A stretch of 58,885 nt of DNA, filler included, from Dirinaria sp. TL-2023a (taxonomy: Eukaryota), in NCBI GenBank assembly GCA_051941275.1. It is 2 parts of 2 records of this genome, joined end to end, with 100 filler letters (N's around TTAATTAATTAA, not from the genome) between each part and the next. Parts side by side here need not be neighbours in the genome. Positions count along the whole stretch, not along the records: positions 1 to 29,437 come from JAVEBF010000115.1; positions 29,538 to 58,885 come from JAVEBF010000116.1. The stretch is one strand, 5' to 3'. A program made the translations under genes and the position numbers. The notes under the pieces were generated by a model. The model saw only the letters and a list, made by a program, of their open reading frames with translations, had not been told where the DNA came from and ran no database searches. Every line of letters starts with the position of its first letter. Within the stretch, counting starts at the first letter, position 1. Shown one piece after another: positions 25,294-37,728 of this stretch.

Positions 25294-25714
25294 TCATGAG
25301 AATGAAACGAACTTGGGGTCTCTCGGTCTGCCATCCGCTCCGATACCGTGCTTGGCGAATCTTTGCTCCGTGTACATCCTCCTTGCCTCGTCGAATCCGA
25401 CCCTCCTGTTCTTCATAATCCTTTGTATTTCCCTCTTCGCCGCTCCATCCACGCCACCTCTTGAATCCCCGGCGGCAACATTCGTGCTCAGATCGAAGTC
25501 ATTGGAGGTGAAGCCTGATTCGATGTCATTGGAGAAGGAGGAGGGTAGTCGTTGGTAGATGTAGTCTGGGACTGGGACCAGATGGCGCCAGCGGTCGCGA
25601 GTGAGGTACAGTGCTGTTCTCGTTAGGCTTATGCATGTGGGAGGGAATGGGAGATGACGCACCTGTCGCGAGCACAAGGGAAGCAAAGGTAAGGGAGTAG
25701 AAGAGGTATGCCAT
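25294..25714 (-). CDS. DUF2015 / UPF0357 family protein (YCL012C-like), 2 exons
   Basis: Hydrophobic N-terminus; SFSNDIESGFTS..FDL..N..GDSRGG.D...FDEAR...IGADGRPRDPKFVSFS. Confidence 0.85.
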
Positions 25715-26021
25715 GAGTACGGATTGAATGAGGGAGTTCTAGGGCATTGGAGGGTGTTTGGTGTGGGATATTAGGGAGCTGAGATGCAGTAGCAGCAGAG
25801 CAACAGTCGTCTTTGCTGACGTTGTTGGCACGTTGTTGGCACGTTGGCTCGGTTGGGCCTCTTGGGTGGAATCACTGGACTACTGGAGTCAAGGCCCTCG
25901 GGCGCTAGAGCTCCGACGCTAACAACGGGCCGAAGACCTGCCGACGCACAAATATTGGCGACCCTTCAAAGTGTAAAGAAGAATCCTATAATCAGGCTGG
26001 AAGAGGGACTCGTATAGAACG

Positions 26022-26805
26022 ATGGCCGACGACAATCATCCCAACGTGTCCTCAGACTTGATCTGGGAATGCTGCCGTAGGTCTTGACCGAATCGCAATT
26101 GCGGGGATCTTGATCGCTCACTGCCCGCGTCATCATCAACAGGCCAGAACAATGCCTATCTCGTCAAGCGGAGAACCGGGGGCGGCGTGCAATTCTCACG
26201 CGATCCCTTGAATCTGATGAACAAGCATTCCCGGAAGGTGAGATACCATGATCTGGTTGCCCAAGTTTTCTTCTACGAAATGTGTACATACTGAATGAAA
26301 TGGCCAGTACGATGGTTTTGTCAACAACAAGGTAACCCATCCCGGGGGCCCATGACAAGTTTTTTGCTCAGCCTACTCAAGCAACGAGATAACCGAACCC
26401 TCTGCTACTAGGCTGTCGGTGTTCAAGGTGGTGAGAAAGGAGGCATCACCCTGACCACGAAGAAGACCAAACACCTCAACCGTCCGGCGTCGAACAAGAA
26501 CGAAGTAACATGGAGGGGAGACAAATCAGGACCAAAGTCAGTGAAACAAGCCCCAATTTACAAAAATATTCGCAGCTTCCTACTACTATCATGAGTAGTC
26601 TTCGACTTTGGACTAACAGGCGCGCTCTAGGATCTACAAGGGGATCGCAAACTACACAGCCAAACAAGGCTACCGGGCTGATCTACGCCAGGAAGCCATT
26701 GCGCGAGCCAGCTCGCTCCGTCAATCATACCGGCCCAAGAAGGAGAGCCCGGAGAAGAAGCTGCGAGGAGCGAAGGCGAGGGCGGCGGCGGAGAAGGATA
26801 CGTGA
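26022..26805 (+). CDS. rpl28e: 60S ribosomal protein eL28 (L28e), 5 exons including a 24-nt exon at 26308-26331
   Basis: NVSSDLIWE..R.NNAYLVKR..GGVQFSRDPLNLMNKHSRKYDGFVNNKAVGV...GYRADLRQEAIARAS...KKLRGAKA. Confidence 0.93.
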
Positions 26806-27402
26806 TGGGTAGTGGGTTTCGTCCGAGGGGAAAGATAGAGTGCGGATTTCCGTTCGACGTGGACGGGTGAGGTGGTATCCGAATTGCAATCTGTCCAAGA
26901 AACAGTATTAGTGCCCCCCAGCATGAAGCTATCAACTGCATTTCTGAAACGATGTGAAGCAGAGATTACTGCTGAGACTAAGCTTTATAAGCACTGTTGG
27001 GAGCTTTAGAGGGAACGGATTTATGTTCCTGAATATGCTTGCAGTGTAGAATTGATTCCGTATGCTTGCAACCTGCGACCAACATTTTGGATCTGTCAGG
27101 TATATTGAGTTAAGTGCGGTGTGGAATAATGAGGGGCCGAAGAAGGCAGTCCTACCTCTAATATCGACTACTACCCAACCCCGCCAACAGGGCTCGGAAA
27201 GATGTTTTTGGTGGGGCCGGCCTCTCGGTTGATTTCACTCGTCTCTTGGTCTGCACAGCATAAGGTAAGACAAATCCTGCAAGTAAAAGGTAGCCTTCCT
27301 GACCTTACAGTATTAAAGTTCTCCCTACACTCACCGATAGACTTACTCCCTCCTATCAATCATTGTTTTCAGCATTCTGAGCTGTGGTCCCCCCTCGCAA
27401 AC

Positions 27403-28791
27403 ATGGTGAAAGCAGGTGCGTGAACTTTTCCTGACAGTCTTCCTAGATATGGTAACTTTCTAACAACAAACTATAGTTGTCCTCGGCGCCTCTGGAGGCA
27501 TTGGCCAGGTCGGTGCCTTACTTTCTAATGAAAATGTTGAGGCGCTCGCTGACGGAAGGATATATACAAGCCTCTCTCACTCCTCCTCAAGGCCAGTCCA
27601 GTCATTGACGAGCTATCTCTATACGATGTCGTCAATACCCCCGGTGTGACGGCGGATCTTTCCCACATCTCCTCCATCGCGGTATGCCTACGCACTTTCA
27701 AACACCCTATTTGGAAAGCACTGCTGATGCATGGAAAGAAAATCACCGGGTACCTTCCCGACGACGGTGGATTGAAGAAGGCCTTGACAGGCGCCGATGT
27801 CGTCCTCATCCCCGCCGGCATCCCTCGTAAGACCGCCCAATGTCTAGCTGTGCCTCCGCTCGCTCATAGCACGTCTAGGTAAACCCGGTATGACCCGTGA
27901 TGACCTGTTCAAGATCAATGCAGGCATCGTCCGCGACCTGGTCCAAGGCATCGCAGAGCATTGCCCCAAAGCTTTCACCCTTGTCATCTCGAATCCTGTC
28001 AACTCCACCGTCCCAATTGCCGCAGAAGTTCTGAAGCGTGCTGGGGTCTTTGATCCGAAGCGCCTCTTTGGTGTTACCACTCTGGATGTAGTTCGAGCGG
28101 AGACCTTCGTGCAAGATATCACTGGCGAGAAGGACCCGTCCAAGACCGTCATCCCGGTCATTGGTGGTCACTCTGGAGAGACGATCGTTCCTCTGTTTAG
28201 CTTGGCGAAGCCGGCCGTTAAGATTCCCCAGGAGAAGCTTGCGCCACTAGTCAAGCGTTCGTCAAGCAAAGACCATTACTTTTCTTTTTCGCTGACGTCT
28301 AGGCAGGCGTGCAATTTGGCGGTGACGAGGTCGTTCAAGCAAAGGGTGGCGCCGGTTCTGCAACTCTGTCCATGGCTTATGCTGGCTTCCGGTGAGCCTT
28401 CGAGCCTTAGAACTCTTGTTTTGGCTGGAGAGCTGATTTTGCATTTCTTAGATTCGCCGAGAAAGTCATCAAAGCCAGCAAGGGCGAAAAAGGAATCGTC
28501 GAGCCGACTTATGTTTACCTGCCGGGTGTCTCAGGAGGCGATGCCATCGCCAAAGAGACCGGCGTCGATTACTTCTCAGTGCCAGTCGAGCTCGGGGTAT
28601 GTTCCTCCATGAGATCCCAATTTCGTGAAATGTAGCTAACATATCGTCAGCCCTCTGGTGCGGAAAAGGCGACCAATATCCTCGGCGAAGTCAGTTCGGA
28701 CGAGAAGCAGCTCCTCGAAGCCTGCAAGGAAGGACTGAAGGGCAACATCCAGAAAGGCATCGAATTCGTGCACAATCCGCCGCCGAAGTAA
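27403..28791 (+). CDS. MDH: Malate dehydrogenase, cytosolic type (no mitochondrial presequence), 8 exons
   Basis: [65 protein letters not shown]. Ends HNPPPK* (TAA at 28789-28791). Confidence 0.96.
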
Positions 28792-29437
28792 AACCTCCCT
28801 TGGTCTTTGGACGCATTGCCCTCTCATCCCCCCAAAAGTTCAGGCCTAGTGTTTTGGCAAGATTGTCCGGCTGATGAGTGGCTTATGCTAGATAGACTGT
28901 GAGCGACATCAAGCTCAGCCGACATTGGTGCTCCGTTTCCCTCGATCCTTGCCAGTTCGATAGAAAATCCATAGAATAAAAATGACGGCCTTTACATGCT
29001 CGCAAGCCCTTGGTATATTGCTGTGTATGTAGAGAGAACGCTGCCCAATGCCGTCGATCGTGCACTTCCGGATCCATACCTTCCTAGTCGTGAACCCTCA
29101 TTCATTCATTCATGGCTTCGCAGTAATCGTTCTGATCTGGAACACAGCCCCTGGCAGGTCATTCGTCTCTGCCTGCACCGTAGCATTGAGTCCCATGCTC
29201 GCCAACGCCCCTCTAATAACACCGCAAGGGAACCAAAGAAACTATTCACATTTTAGATTAGCCCCTATATTCCCCACCAAACTCTGCCTCGAAGGAAGAA
29301 TAGTAAGCTCCGGGGGTGGGGAGAAAAAATAAAAATAAAAATATACCGGCTGCGCCCTCGCCACCGCCTCGGCCGGAGAAGCCATACTCATACGCGCCAG
29401 CGGCCGGAACGAATTATCGGTCAGGACAAAGACACCC

Positions 29438-29537
29438 NNNNNNNNNNNNNNNNNNNNNNNNNNNNNNNNNNNNNNNNNNNNTTAATTAATTAANNNNNNN
29501 NNNNNNNNNNNNNNNNNNNNNNNNNNNNNNNNNNNNN
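29438..29537. other. Assembly gap with artificial six-frame-stop linker
   Basis: 44 N + TTAATTAATTAA (29482-29493) + 44 N gives exactly 100 nt. Confidence 0.97.
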
Positions 29538-29904
29538 AGCAAATGACCGGAAGCAGTTCACGATCTGTGTCATAGGTGGGGTTCGAGCGACTGAATCATG
29601 ACAGCGGCAAGGAATGACAGGCTTTAGCAGTAAACAGCGCTACGATGAATAGTGAGTTAAGCACAGACAGTTATCTAACAACCAGATGCTGGCATATATA
29701 ATCATTCGACAATGGAGTTAGAGTCTCTTGAGCAGTCGTTTCGAGTAATGATAGAAAAGATCTAAAATTGTCAGATTTAGGAAGTATTTATGAGGTCATT
29801 TGCACCTATGCATGTGTTTGTTGAATTGCCTAACATCTATAAGAAAACGAGCATTTGTGGGTTACTATATACCCAATATTACTATTATCCGGAGGCCGTC
29901 GGTT

Positions 29905-30005
29905 ACCTACCCGGGGACTGCCTGTTACGCGGGACTACCTACTACCCGCGGTCTACCTATTATCCGGTGCATACCGCCCGGGGCCTACTGCCCGAGGACT
30001 GCCGT
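29905..30005. repeat. Degenerate ~18-bp tandem repeat, possibly RIP-eroded
   Basis: Units ggactgcctgttacgcg / ggactacctactacccgc / ggtctacctattatccg / ggcctactgcccga differ mainly by G/A and C/T transitions. Confidence 0.35.
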
Positions 30006-30644
30006 CTATACCAATCTAGCCATTTTCGTCAACTTATACTTGGCATTTCTGGTGGTTACCGGGCCACCCGGTCCCGGTTTTACAAAAATTTATGCTCATA
30101 TGTACGAATCTGTTCGATCTGAGATCGTGTCATTATTCGTGCTACGCATGCCGCATTGGAAAATGTACAGTAAATAGCAACATCCCGTGAGCGCGAAAGA
30201 CAAAATAGTCAATTTCTAGAAACTTTTCCAACAACGACATAACACTTCCGTAGTGTGGTACTCTCGTCTACGAGGAATCAGTGATTCCTAGATCATGTCC
30301 TCTTCAACCTCAAAGTTACCTCTAAAATCCTTACCTTCTCCAATATCCTCAGTCTATTTTATTTCTTCATGTTTCAATGATAACTACCAAGCACGTAGTA
30401 GATTGATCGTGACGCTATATTAACAAAACATGATATTTATTTGATCAATCGAGAACATTTTTGTCATTTAGGAGAGAATCAACGATGTCTACTAAACGTA
30501 TGAGATGGTGCTAAGTTTGACTATCAAAAGAGTAGGGAGATCTGATTAGAAGTGACTAACATACGAGTTGCAAATGCAATCTAATTCGACTCGCGAAAAC
30601 CCACCATCTTTGCTCTTCGAATATCGTCTTCAGCAACTCCAAAG

Positions 30645-32153
30645 TTATGAGTAAGTTCCACTCTTCTCAAATTTTATATACCCGGGATACTTGCTTAGCT
30701 GAGTATCGTTGTAGTCATATTGACTCAGTTGCGTGCAGCCAAAGCTGCTCACAGCCTGCGCAACAGCTTTATTGACTTGAGCGACTGCCGCTTCGACGTC
30801 GGAAAGCACACCAGTGTCCCGAATCAGATCTGGGGCAGCGACTGCGACTGACTGAAATAGAAAACACGCAAGATTGTTGCCTTGGAGTAGGGTCGCAGCG
30901 TTATAAAGACCGCCCTAGATTGTAATTCGATTAACGCTCTAAGTACTGAATAAAGATTGGCTTTCTCGGCGACGGCACATGTACTGGCGGCGGGCTGTTG
31001 GGTAGGAATGTGCTCACCGTCAAATTTCCAACATCGAGACCCGTGAAAGAGTTTACGGTTCCAGTGTTTCCACCAAATGTCAATAACTCCGGATGTTCCT
31101 GAATAAGGGTCTTGAAGTCCACATCGAAGAATGGAACGCTGTACGGATCGGATTGAGGACGCGTGTACCAATTCTCCGGGATTCGCTCATAGCCAGGAGT
31201 ATAAGTCAGGCCACTCGCATCGTCGCCGGTGATTGCGTAGAAGGATTTAAAGTATTTCGATCCAAGAACCCCTCAGGATAAGCAGCAGACTTATTAGCGA
31301 ACATACGAAAGATGAACGCATGGGTTCCAGGGGGAATCGTTAATCCGAAGAAGCCGCGGAAGTAATATGGATTCTGGGATTCCGATTCATGAACTAATGA
31401 CTTTATTAATACTACCTGGCACTATTCATTATTCAGATAAGAGAAGCGTACAACGTGTTACCGCGTAGTCACCAAGTAGGTCGAGGTCATAGTTCGGGTT
31501 GACAGCTCCAGCACCAGGAAGATCGTACAGACCTGGAAAGAACGGTAGCTGCGTAAGATACGCCTCACCACTAAAATCTCGAGTCAGTCTTCAGGAGATT
31601 TGGGATGAGCAGCTACAAATAGCTACCTAGAACTGATACAGATCTCCTCTTGCTGGGCTTGCATCTCCTTCAAAGCGATTGTGCGCATTCGAGATCCCTC
31701 GTGGCTGACCTAATAATCCTCCCACCAGGGGAAGACTTTTACCTGGCGGGCCGCCGATCGAGTAGTGATTGCCGTCTCCTGCCTGAACAGCACCTAATGT
31801 TGCAAGGAAGAACGCAAGGTCATTGCTTAGCCGAAGGCCTCTTCAGCCTCTGACTTGACTGCAAGGTCGAAGAGGTGATGAATGTACATACCAGCTCCAT
31901 ATATCTTGACACTGGCGTCGAGAGATTCTTGGAGTGTAGTATACTCGTTGCGGGCAATGTAGCCGTGGTTGGCCAAAGCGTTCAGAGCCGGACATGGTCC
32001 TCGCAGATCAGATGCACCTGGCGCAATGAATGCATGAGCGCCGGAGACATCAATGCGCTGCGCTGCAGGATTGAAAGTCTGGCGTCGAAAGATCTCCGGT
32101 AGAGCGCTGACAAGAGTTCCCCCAAGTATGAGGAGAGGGTTGAATATGAACAT
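30645..32153 (-). pseudogene. Secreted heme-thiolate peroxidase / unspecific peroxygenase, apparently disrupted
   Basis: Signal peptide, RGPCPALNALANHGY, HNRFEGDASPARGD, ERIPENWY, FGGNTGTVNSF, YPGY. Has a 1-nt frameshift near 31247, a TAG where a donor is expected (31627-31629) and no good in-frame acceptor for intron 1. Confidence 0.8.
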
Positions 32154-34359
32154 GGTGACACCCCAACAATATTCAAGTATTATACGATGGAGCTTCGTAT
32201 GTACATAAAGAGAGTATTTGTAACGATGAAGGACATAAGGGAAAGCATCAGAGTCTATAGGTTTCAGCAGCCACCACCTGGGTAAACTTTTCCCAACTGA
32301 GAGCTGCTCGCTTCTTCGGCCCAATCACAATTTACAACGAATATTCCAATGACTGGTTGTGAGCGGCGAACCGAGTAAGTCCATGTTGACCTATAAGAAT
32401 AGCCAGAAGCCCACCCTCTTTTCACTCGAATTGGAAGTCCTGCCCGAGCGTCCAGATCTTACCCCAGATGGGTGGGATGCTCCTGAGTATGATTATAGCT
32501 TTCCTACCAAGCCCCCGCTTTCTTCACTGCGGGGCGCTTGATTATTCGTCACAGCGACCAGACCTTAGAATCTAGTGTTGGAAATCGACGTTTTATATGA
32601 CACTGAGGATGGAATCGCCGGGAAAACTTGGCCCCCATGATTATCATCTAAGATGATCGACACCCCCACAGAATCTTCACAAAAAGAAGGAATCATGAAA
32701 AGAAAATATCATGGCGCGCAAAGCAGACCATCAAACCTTTTTGTTTGATTACCCCCCGAGTTCTAACCTTGACACTTGGGGCTTCCGATGACGTTCCTTT
32801 TTCATACTATGCAGTGCCTTGAATACTCGAAACAAGTCTCGAACAAGAGTTAGTCATGGCCACTCGGATTCTCTATTTAGCTCCGTTGCGCATTGCGTGG
32901 TTCTGTAGCAGAGTTATTATTGATGATATCTCACATCATAAAGCAGTACATAAGCTCACATTGAGGGTCGAATGAGGAACAACCAATCATCAATCAGGTA
33001 AAAATAAGCACGTGTGGGTCACCTGAGGGATTCAAATTAGGAAGTGTCATCTGACATGTTCTTAACCCCCACGCAGTCCCACATTCTCAACTCGAATCAA
33101 CAAGTGTAATAATCCGCTTGGTCTCGATGTAAAACTCTCTTTGTTTCGAGAAATCGTGATGCAAGTCTCTCTTACGAGAATAAGTCATCTGAATTCTATA
33201 TTTAATCACGTATTTTATCTCAGAATGTTCCTGGCTGCACATTTCATAGCGTATCAACTTTCGGTAATCTATTGAGGGACTGAAGCGAAAAACTGTCACC
33301 GATGTGTTTCTTCACTGTTCTTGAGTCGAGGAAGAGTCAGTCCTGCATTCTTGTTCCGAATGAAATAGACTGTCCATTACGTCTAGGCGTCGAAGCGCTT
33401 CAATGATTTCTCAAAGTATGACGTATGTCAGTAGAGAAGATTGATATCACGAAATGTCCAATCAGTCAATGAGAAATTAAGTAATTGATTCAACATGCGA
33501 TGTGAGCGATGTATGTCCGCTATTTGTTGTTTTGACAAATTGCGCAGGATCTTTTGTGTATCGATAAAGTCGTTATCCAAGCGTTCTGGATATTATTGAA
33601 GATGCTCATTCTTTTCCAAGATGTTCCCAGTTACACTTAGAGACTTCCCAGACGCTACACTTCAATAAAGATTTCCAACCAGTGACAGCTTATTATCAAG
33701 TCAAAGGTTCAAGATCTTTGATATCTTCATTCTCTATTTTTATATGCTATAAAATTTTAACCTGTCTATCATCAGTCTCTGGAATCTCTGAAATCATTGA
33801 GCCAAGCGATAAGCTATCTATCTCTGAAACACGTTGGATCGATCTCTGCGTCATTCCCGAGGAGCGCCGTGTTGATAAGAGGCAGCCTGCATCTCATTGC
33901 AGTGCCTAGCTCAACAAAGGAACAGTGGCTAGACGATGGAGCCGTACTATACATGTAGCCACGGGCATGCTGGTACTATCTCGGGTGATGCGCACGAGAT
34001 TGTTGATATCATTGATGCCGCTCTCGTCTCTTGTAAGTCTTTACAAAGAGATGTTTGGTCGCTTCTATGGATCCAGCGCGGCTTTCTGTCGATCCTTCTC
34101 CCGAGCTCCTGGCCCAAGCATACTGGGTGGTGGGGCATTGTTTAGCCAGTGTAAGTAGCAGTGGTTTTGTCGGCGTCTATGAGGATGGATTTCTTAAAGA
34201 CCTTCAGCAACTTTTGCCATGTGCACAAGTGTTTCAATTTCGTCCGCTTCAACCGCACATTTGATATCGCATTGCGGAAGGACTCTTTTGAAAGAATCAA
34301 GCAAAGTCGTTACGAGTCCAGCAGAGAAAATCGATATCTGATTCTCTCTACAATTGAAA

Positions 34360-35345
34360 ATGTCTTCAAGGAATGAGATGCTCATCGACGAAATACCCGC
34401 GATCTCTTCTCGGTCTGTGCCAATGAAGGTACTGGTTCTTGGATTCTCTCGTACGGGCACCAAGTGTTAGTACTACCTTGTCTCTCTCAACAAATTCTTT
34501 GAATACAACTAAACCTTCTAAGCTATGCAGCAGGCCCTAGAAAGGCTTGGCTACAAGAGTTACCATATGAGCGAGGCATATCGCAATAAAGCGTTCGATT
34601 ACTGGTTGGAAGCGCTGAAAGCGAAGTATGATGGACAGGGCAGATCATACCAGCGTGAAGAGTTTGACAAACTGCTCGGTGATTACGCCGTGCGTATTTA
34701 ACCAGCTAGATATTACATCCGCATCTGCTGATTTGGAAAGGCTGTCACGGATGCACCATGCTTCTTTTTCGTCGACGAATTGATTGCAGCGTACCCTGAT
34801 GCAAAGGTCATATTGACGAGTCGAGACGAGGATAGCTGGTTGCTGTCAATGAACAAGACCATATTACAGCTTCAACGCTGGAAGTCTTATGATATCATCG
34901 CTCGTTTAGAGCCGGTAATATGGCTGTCGTACTCTTAAAGGTGGACCCGTCCAACGTTAATTCGCAGAACATTACAGGTCCGTTTTGGAAGACACTTAAT
35001 TACACAATTAGCATACAGAGAGGCAACAACTTCAAAGATCTGGAAGGACTCCGTCAGACCTATCGCGAGCATAATGCCCATGTACGGAAGGTGGTACCAA
35101 GGACAAATCTGTTAGAATTCAGACCTGGCGATGGATACAAGGAGCTTTGCCACTTTCTCGATGAGCCGTTACCAGGCAAAGAACCATACCCTCATAGCAA
35201 CCGGCACGACGAGAATATCAAACTCCATAAAAAGATCTGGTGGTTTGCAGTGGCAAAGGTTGTAGCAAAAGTTGGAGGCCTGGTCGGGGCAATTTTCACT
35301 GCAGCTGGTGGCTTGTGGTACTCTCAGTACAGAATTCGGACCTAG
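34360..35345 (+). CDS. P-loop sulfotransferase-like protein (Sulfotransfer_4 type) with C-terminal hydrophobic anchor, 4 exons
   Basis: MKVLVLGFSRTGT, ALERLGYKSYHM, AVTDAP, ELIAAYPDAKVILTSRD, HNAHVRKVVP..LLEF..DGYKELCHFL..P..PYPHSN. Confidence 0.85.
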
Positions 35346-35728
35346 ATCGCACAGGGTTCAGAGTCACTTGAGCACTCCATTTTCGAAGCTTGATTTCTTA
35401 GGAGTGCGATAGTTCTTCCGATCAAAGCAAAGCGAGATTTAGGTTTTGAAATAAAGATCAAAATCGTGATGGAAACCCATTCGTTGCCGTCAAGTCCAGT
35501 TCTGATGCAGGGAATACATATTTGTTTCATCATATCGTATCAATTATCCTCATTAGCTTTTTTGCGACCCATAAGCATTAAACTGTGACGGCCTTGCGCA
35601 CCTCTCAAGAATAGAAAGCACGTGAGGGATATATTGTCACGACTTTCTGTCACTGATTGCGTTCTACACAACTGACGGCTCCATATGCTAACATGAGTCG
35701 TGAGAGTATTTTGGAACATACCGAACCA

Positions 35729-36960
35729 TTACGTTTTCCAGATGCCCATCCAGCGGGGTTTGCATTTAAGAACATTCTCAAAGTAGATCCAATGAGCTTT
35801 GAATGGGTCCAACTCAGACCAGTGCCAATGACCATTTCCCTTATCCTTGCTTGGTTGGTCATAGCGGGTAATATCGCTGGGTTTAGGCTCTTCCTTGCCG
35901 CTGCTGATATAGTATTCTGGTCTAATGTGATCATACTTATACAGTATATATTGGAACTCACGGGGCGGTAATCGCGGCACCATATCGTTGCGATGCGTAA
36001 CCCGGTAAATTTCTCCCATTCCTTGATTCGTGATGAAATCCGAGATCTTCTTGCCACCAACACGAGGTGCGCCGTATGTGTATAAATCGCACTTGATACT
36101 CTTCTTTCTGTCGTGCGCTCTTTTCTTGATTTCAGCAGCGGCCAAGGTTGCGATAGCACCGCCAGCGCTGTGTCCAGTCAGGACGACTCTGTTCTTGGGG
36201 TACTCCTTGAGGTAGAAGTCGATCGTGTCCAGCACAGCTTCACGAGCTTGTTTCCAGGATTCCCAAAACCCCTTGTGAGCCGTGCAGCTATGGCACAGGT
36301 CTGTGCCTTTTGATGGATTCGTATCGTTTCCATACTTGACATCGTTGAGTATCTTGGTGGCGTTCAGGGTTTGACTGGCTCTGAAATCAGTCACCCAGCT
36401 CATCACTGATAGAGATCCACGGAAGGCGACAACAGTAAGGTCATTGGTTCGGTCCATGGCGATGTAGCCCTTCACACCAGTTTCTTTCTTACTAATGATA
36501 GCCTATCAGCGATTGTCCAAAGCATACTCCACAAGCAATACTCACTCCTCGATTCCCAAAATTCTCCTGACATCGTCTTTTTCCACTAATGGACAGTTTC
36601 CAGCGGAACATCTCAACTTCTCACCGCCCTTGCGGAACTTGTTATCGCTGTTTTCTGGACAATAGGCTGCCGCAGAAAACTGTGAGAAACGTTTTATGTT
36701 GTCGAAGACATCTCGCGGTATTCCTGTGGAATCTATGGTACATCAGCACCCCGTTTTACTCAAGGATGAGAGAATTTTTCGTATTGCGATACAAATATGT
36801 TAGCTTGTCGACTTCGCAGGTACAAATCAATCAAGTTATGGCCTCAGGCAAATAAAAAATCGCGGGACATACTTCGAGGCTTCAGCGGCATGGGACCAGC
36901 CCAAACGCAGCTACAACAGCAAATGACTGCAACAACGAAAACAGAAAAGTTCATAAACAT
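35729..36960 (-). CDS. Secreted class 3 lipase (triacylglycerol lipase / feruloyl esterase-like), 3 exons
   Basis: Signal peptide MFMNFSVFVVAVICCCSCVWA; FSAAAYC, VVAFRGS, HKGF, nucleophile GHSAGG, YTYGAPRVG, RVTHRNDMVPRLP, H..YF. Confidence 0.9.
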
Positions 36961-37700
36961 TCTTGCTCACTAAGATATATCAGAGTCTACCTGGTTCCCC
37001 GGAAAAGGAAGCAGGCAGCCAATATATGTTACACGCTCAAGCGGACATGGTCAGGCATACGCGAGAGCATGTCTGTCTAAAATCATGGAGGTCCAACGCA
37101 GGATAACCCCTATCAGCATGGCTTATACCTTCCTCAACTGCAGATTTCGTATGAACGGTATGCTTTCCTTCGAGAGGGCTTAGCGTTCAAAATCCCACCA
37201 CTTGTCATGTTGTAAGGTCGAAATGACCGACTTGCGGTTATTCGTCGCTCAGAACCGACTGCGACGGGTCTGTAAATTGTATCTCCGTTCGAATGCCAAT
37301 TTTCCATACTGCATCAATACGTCAGATGTGCTGCTCTTTCTTCTATTCATTACCGCGATCATAAGCGCATTCAAGTAAGCGCCGCAAGTGTAACCTGTCA
37401 GAGAGCTGATAGATTGAGAGCTTAGAGAGTTATCGAGGCGGATGATTGGAGGCCACGTAGCGATACAGTGTAGGATTCCCTCCACTCGGGCTCCTTTGTT
37501 GGTGACGCAAGCGTTGTTTGAGATTGATCAAATCCGTGTTGATGCAAGACGCTATCTTGAAGCAGCCACTCAGAAGGATGCGTATGACACACAAACGGCA
37601 AAGTCTCGTGGAAATGATGAAGTCTTTGGAAATATGAACGATGATCAATCAGAAGGAGATCGCTGATGTACTTACGTCACTTTTGCTCAACTCCGTGTCC

Positions 37701-37728
37701 TGCCAAGAAATGCCAAGAGAGTGCCAAG
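37701..37728 (+). promoter_or_regulatory. Three tandem TGCCAAG (PacC/Rim101-type GCCARG) sites
   Basis: TGCCAAG at 37701, 37711 and 37722, about 740 bp upstream of the lipase ATG. Confidence 0.45.

Noticed and set aside
25819..25848. Tandem ACGTTGTTGGC in the DUF2015/eL28 divergent promoter
   Set aside because: Only about 2.5 copies, consistent with local slippage; I could not match it to a known ribosomal-protein promoter element.
26538..26630. Longer eL28 intron as a snoRNA host
   Set aside because: No box C/D pair or rRNA-complementary guide found.
29482..29493. TTAATTAATTAA as a biological palindrome or TTAA transposon target
   Set aside because: Centred in a symmetrical N run; it is an assembly spacer.
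36708..36872. Lipase intron 1 with two branch-point-like motifs (possible microexon or stwintron)
   Set aside because: No suitable acceptor follows the first branch motif, and single-intron splicing already keeps the frame.
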